Source of the DNA: Dehalococcoidia bacterium
GTDB lineage: Bacteria; Chloroflexota; Dehalococcoidia; Lucifugimonadales; UBA3495
Length of the DNA: 64,000 bases
Assembly: GCA_965215975.1 (NCBI GenBank)
Contig: OZ244136.1
Location: 1,252,412-1,316,411 of the forward strand
Direction: 5' to 3'
Made by a program: the position numbers and the translations under genes. The notes below the pieces were generated by a model. The model saw only the letters and a list, made by a program, of their open reading frames with translations. It made no database searches and was not told the DNA's origin. This document shows, piece after piece, positions 60,497-64,000 of the stretch (position 1 is its first letter; each line of letters opens with the position of its first letter).

Positions 60497-61651
60497 ATGA
60501 AAAGCAGCGAAAACCGCATATTGACTACCCATACCGGCAGCCTGCCCAGGCCGGAGGGGTTGGTGACCATGTTGGGCGCAGTGTCGCGGGGCGAGTCGGT
60601 GGACGATGATGCTTTCGACGCCGCAGCCCGCGAAGCTACCGCCCAGGTGGTCTCGGCCCAGTTGGCGGCCGGGGTGGACGTTATAAACAACGGTGAACAG
60701 TCCCGCGTCAGCTTCTCTACCTACGTCACCCAGCGGATGTCCGGCTTCGGCGGCGCCTGGGACCGGCGCGGCCACCGCGACCAGAACGAATTTCCCTCCA
60801 TTATCCGTCCCCGCGTGGTCAACTTGACCCGGGGCATTCCCACCTGTGTTGGCCCGCTGGCGTACGAGCGGCTGGACCTGGTGGAGCGAGAGTGTCAGCA
60901 GTTCCTGGAAGCCGTCAATGCCGTCAATGGTACTGAAGCCCAGCCGGAAGACCTGTTTATGACCGCCGCCTCGCCCGGTGTTGTTGCCCTGACCCTGGCC
61001 AACCGCTACTACGACAGCCACGAGGACTATGTCTTCGCCCTTGCCGACGAATTGCGCAAGGAGTACGAGATAATCGTCTCCCATGGCCTCACATTACAAC
61101 TGGACTGTCCCGACCTGGCCATGGAGCGGCACATCACGTACCAGGACGAACCCGTATCAGCGTTTCAGGATGTTGTGGCCCTGCATATCCGGGCCATCAA
61201 CCATGCCATTGCCAACATTCCCCGCGAGCAGGTTCGGCTGCACGCCTGCTGGGGCAACAGCGAAGGCCCCCACGTATACGATGTGCCGCTGGAGGATATC
61301 GTTGACCTGCTCTACGAGGCCAATGTAGGCGCGCTGGTGCTGGAAATGGCAAACCCGCGCCACGCCCACGAGCATCGCATCTATCGAGACCACCCGTTTC
61401 CAGAAAGGACGCTTCTGGTTGCCGGTGTCATCGACACCAAGACCAACTACGTGGAGCATCCCCGTTTGGTTGCCGACCGATTGCTTCAGGCCGTTGCCGC
61501 CACCGGAGGCGACCCTACCCGAGTCCTGGCCGGAACCGACTGTGGCTTCGACACCTCCGCCGGCTCCAACCGGGTAGACCCGGGCATAGTCTGGCTGAAG
61601 CTGCGGGCAATGCGAGAAGGGGCGGAGATTGCCAGCCGGGAGTTGTTTTAG
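60497..61651 (+). CDS. Cobalamin-independent methionine synthase II family protein
   Basis: ILTTHTGSLPRP, LQLDCPDL, HACWGN, LEMANPRHAHE, GTDCGF. Confidence 0.9.
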   Translation: MKSSENRILTTHTGSLPRPEGLVTMLGAVSRGESVDDDAFDAAAREATAQVVSAQLAAGVDVINNGEQSRVSFSTYVTQRMSGFGGAWDRRGHRDQNEFPSIIRPRVVNLTRGIPTCVGPLAYERLDLVERECQQFLEAVNAVNGTEAQPEDLFMTAASPGVVALTLANRYYDSHEDYVFALADELRKEYEIIVSHGLTLQLDCPDLAMERHITYQDEPVSAFQDVVALHIRAINHAIANIPREQVRLHACWGNSEGPHVYDVPLEDIVDLLYEANVGALVLEMANPRHAHEHRIYRDHPFPERTLLVAGVIDTKTNYVEHPRLVADRLLQAVAATGGDPTRVLAGTDCGFDTSAGSNRVDPGIVWLKLRAMREGAEIASRELF

Positions 61652-61736
61652 GGGCGGTAAGTAAACCGCGGAGAATCCTTCGTATACCCCTTGATATCCC
61701 CATTATTCTCACAGGGGTTCGATTCAAGCGGTCGAA

Positions 61737-62375
61737 ATGGAAAAACCATTTACTTGGATACAGCTGATTTTATACACAGCGGTGGGAATCTCTGTGGTTC
61801 TTCTCGCGGGCTTGGCATTACTAATCATGAACTTTGTTCAAATGAGGAATGAACGGGTAGAGTGGCCCCCTCTGACCATGTATTACAACCGGGAAACTCG
61901 GAGTGAAGGCCAGTCCTTCTTGATCAAGATGCGTCTCGACCATAATTCCCCTGACAGTTGGACCCAGGAAATTATAAAAGGACGTGTATACGACACCCGT
62001 TGGGGAAGTTTTGACCAAACCGGCTCATATGACAGGCTCGAAGGCCGGACATTCACCACCTACAGCGCCACAACCGGGCTGTCCGAGACTGAAACCGTAC
62101 CAGACGGCACAAGAATGGTAACCGAATGGTCCTCGGTGCCGGTACAAGTCTCCATGTTTGACCATCTGCTCGGGATAATTCCTGAGACAGTTATCACGCA
62201 GACACGGGTGTGTTTTCGAGACGACTGCACCGACAACGCCCCCGGCTGGAAATACGTCGTTGGTAGCCAGACGTACATCATCGCCGATGACGCCCGAGGT
62301 ATTCCCATCCAGAAAAACAACTTCGTAATTGACGAAATCCTGGTGCACGCCGATCAAGTACCCTTGATGCCATAA
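61737..62375 (+). CDS. Hypothetical membrane-anchored protein
   Basis: 212-aa ORF with N-terminal TM. Confidence 0.65.
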   Translation: MEKPFTWIQLILYTAVGISVVLLAGLALLIMNFVQMRNERVEWPPLTMYYNRETRSEGQSFLIKMRLDHNSPDSWTQEIIKGRVYDTRWGSFDQTGSYDRLEGRTFTTYSATTGLSETETVPDGTRMVTEWSSVPVQVSMFDHLLGIIPETVITQTRVCFRDDCTDNAPGWKYVVGSQTYIIADDARGIPIQKNNFVIDEILVHADQVPLMP

Positions 62376-62604
62376 GGTGCGAGTCAGGGTGATGGTTAGA
62401 GTTGCCCTGAACATCGGGCTCTTCCCTGCAATTGGTCGCGCGTTCGCCTCCTTCCGAACATCAAGCAGTAAGTAACAGGAGCTGGCGCCATCTTGTTTTG
62501 AAGGACATTCCAGGGGGGCAGGAGCACTGGAGTCTGCATCTTCGTGTACGGCAACCAAAGTTGTAGCCAAACTGCCAATCTGATATATTGAACATCCATA
62601 TTTT

Positions 62605-62696
62605 GGAGGGGTCGCATAGTGGTCTAGTGCGGGCGCCTGCTAAGCGCTTATCCTGGGAAACCGGGATCGCGGGTTCGAATCCCGCCCCCTCCGCCA
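62605..62696 (+). tRNA. tRNA-Ser(GCT)
   Basis: GGCGC-CTGCTAA-GCGCT, long variable arm, GTTCGAATC, GCCA. Confidence 0.95.
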
Positions 62697-62919
62697 CTGA
62701 ATCAATTCGTTAAGCCTCCATTCCCCCGGCTCTTCCCCATTTTTGTATTTGGCAAATCCCCTCTTGTAGTCCCCAGAGGTCTCAATGAGGCCTGTGAAAT
62801 GCGGACCAGTTCGCAACTTGCAGGTACACAAAGGTCAGAAGGCCCGCAATCCAGAGTGATTAGGACACCATAGTTGCCAGATGGGCGACCATTGTCACAC
62901 CTGGATGGTAGGAGCGGAG

Positions 62920-63170
62920 ATGGCGTTCAAGGATGTTCACAGAGTGAAGACGGGGGAAGTGGTCCGGCGCTGGCCGGTGGGCAGCTAAGCATAGGGACGG
63001 TGACAGGGCTGTCCCGCGAAACGGTGCGGAGGTGTCTGGAAGCTGCTCGGGAGGGGTGGTTCAGGAAAGGCCAGCCCCCACCGAAGGTCAGCTAAGCTTG
63101 CTGGCGTCGGGAAGCCGTTCGGGCCCACGAACGAGGGAAGCGCCCAGCGTGGAACCGCTGGCACCGTGGA
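62920..63170 (+). pseudogene. Degenerate IS21-family IstA N-terminal remnant next to tRNA-Ser
   Basis: Frameshifted MAFKDVHRV..VVRRW..TGLSRETVRRCLEAA..PAPTEGQL..APSVEPLAPW HTH region. Confidence 0.6.
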
Positions 63171-63184
63171 AGTGCGAGCGACGC

Positions 63185-64000
63185 TTAATCCAGTCGCCTG
63201 ATGTTCGGCATACCGAGCGCGGTGATGAAACTGACTGCACACAGTATTGCGCCGTTGATCAGCAGAGCTCTCTGAGCACCCACGACTCCTGCCAGCGCTC
63301 CGACCCCCACGTGGCCCACTGGAGCGAATCCGATGCTCAGCACCCAGGAACCCATGGCGCGCCCCCGTTCCTCGTCGGACACAAGCTCCTGCATTATAGT
63401 CTTGTAGAGGGTATCGACGGCCATGGCGCAGGCGTTGACGAACAACAATACACCCAGGAAGAAATAGATGTTGCCGGACACTGAGAACGCCATCAGTCCC
63501 CCGCCAAAACCTGCGGCCGTGGCAAACATCATCAATCCCTTCTTCCTGGAAGTCACGAGCCCGGCCAGCAGCCCCAGCCCCAGCAGCCCTCCGGTCTGGC
63601 GTACTGCGGTCATAATGCCCAGCCCCGTAGGTCCTACGTGAACTACCTCCTTGGCAAACACCGGCAGCAGGGTCATATGGGTAAAACCGAGCACCTCCGT
63701 GGCTGCCGTCAGGCACATGAGGGCCAGCAGAAAGCGACGGCTACGGACCAGGCTGACATAGCCCGTCAGATTCCCCAGTACCGATGTTACGGACGAACGG
63801 ACCGAGCGGCCCGGGTTGCCGAGGGCCAGGGTTGCGGCGGCGGCACACAGATAGCAGACCCCCGCCGCCACGAATTGCCAGCCAGTTCCCGCAACCTCAA
63901 TCAACGCCCCGGAAACGAGGGACCCTACGATGCCACCGCCTTGCATGGCCATCGATCCAAGGGCCAGCCCGTTCAGAGAAAGTCCGGAGCCCACGATGTC
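63185..64000 (-). CDS. MFS transporter (5' part outside the window)
   Basis: Multiple TMs; QELVSDEERGRAMG. Confidence 0.88.
   Translation of the reverse strand, partial: DIVGSGLSLNGLALGSMAMQGGGIVGSLVSGALIEVAGTGWQFVAAGVCYLCAAAATLALGNPGRSVRSSVTSVLGNLTGYVSLVRSRRFLLALMCLTAATEVLGFTHMTLLPVFAKEVVHVGPTGLGIMTAVRQTGGLLGLGLLAGLVTSRKKGLMMFATAAGFGGGLMAFSVSGNIYFFLGVLLFVNACAMAVDTLYKTIMQELVSDEERGRAMGSWVLSIGFAPVGHVGVGALAGVVGAQRALLINGAILCAVSFITALGMPNIRRLD

Noticed and set aside
62605..63185. Integrative island at tRNA-Ser
   Set aside because: No integrase or duplicated tRNA 3' end in the window; only an IS21 remnant

Overview
High-GC bacterial chromosomal window, most likely Chloroflexota/Dehalococcoidia (SAR202-like, possibly host-associated). 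That assignment is inferred from the tRNA-tuf-rpmG-secE-nusG-rplK-rplA-rplJ-rplL block not followed by rpoB, the protein styles and the IS/TA/REP load. Core genes: glyA, rpsF-ssb-rpsR, hom, thrC, folE, mshA-like GT, serA, panE-like, hemW, selB, tuf and ribosomal block, four tRNAs. Accessory content: three stacks of IS elements (five IS701-family copies, two IS1182-family elements plus a remnant) sitting mostly in CTAG targets, one nested three elements deep, plus an IS21 remnant. Also present are several toxin-antitoxin modules (some broken), a HEPN-motif orphan, several REP-like repeat families, a ~213-bp composite tandem array, and two integrase-less mini-islands bounded by duplicated gene ends. 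Best novel-system candidates: (1) a DUF3800 (RNase H-like) gene with a convergent, independently promoted ~50-nt hairpin RNA; (2) a 23-bp hairpin micro-element caught inserted in one IS copy; (3) CCAGG>CTAGG transitions that appear to create IS targets and amber stops; (4) a conserved +1/-2 recoding run in all IS701 copies; (5) a GNAT/MshA/PIG-L cluster that may make an unknown thiol or sugar conjugate. All calls are by eye; no searches were run.
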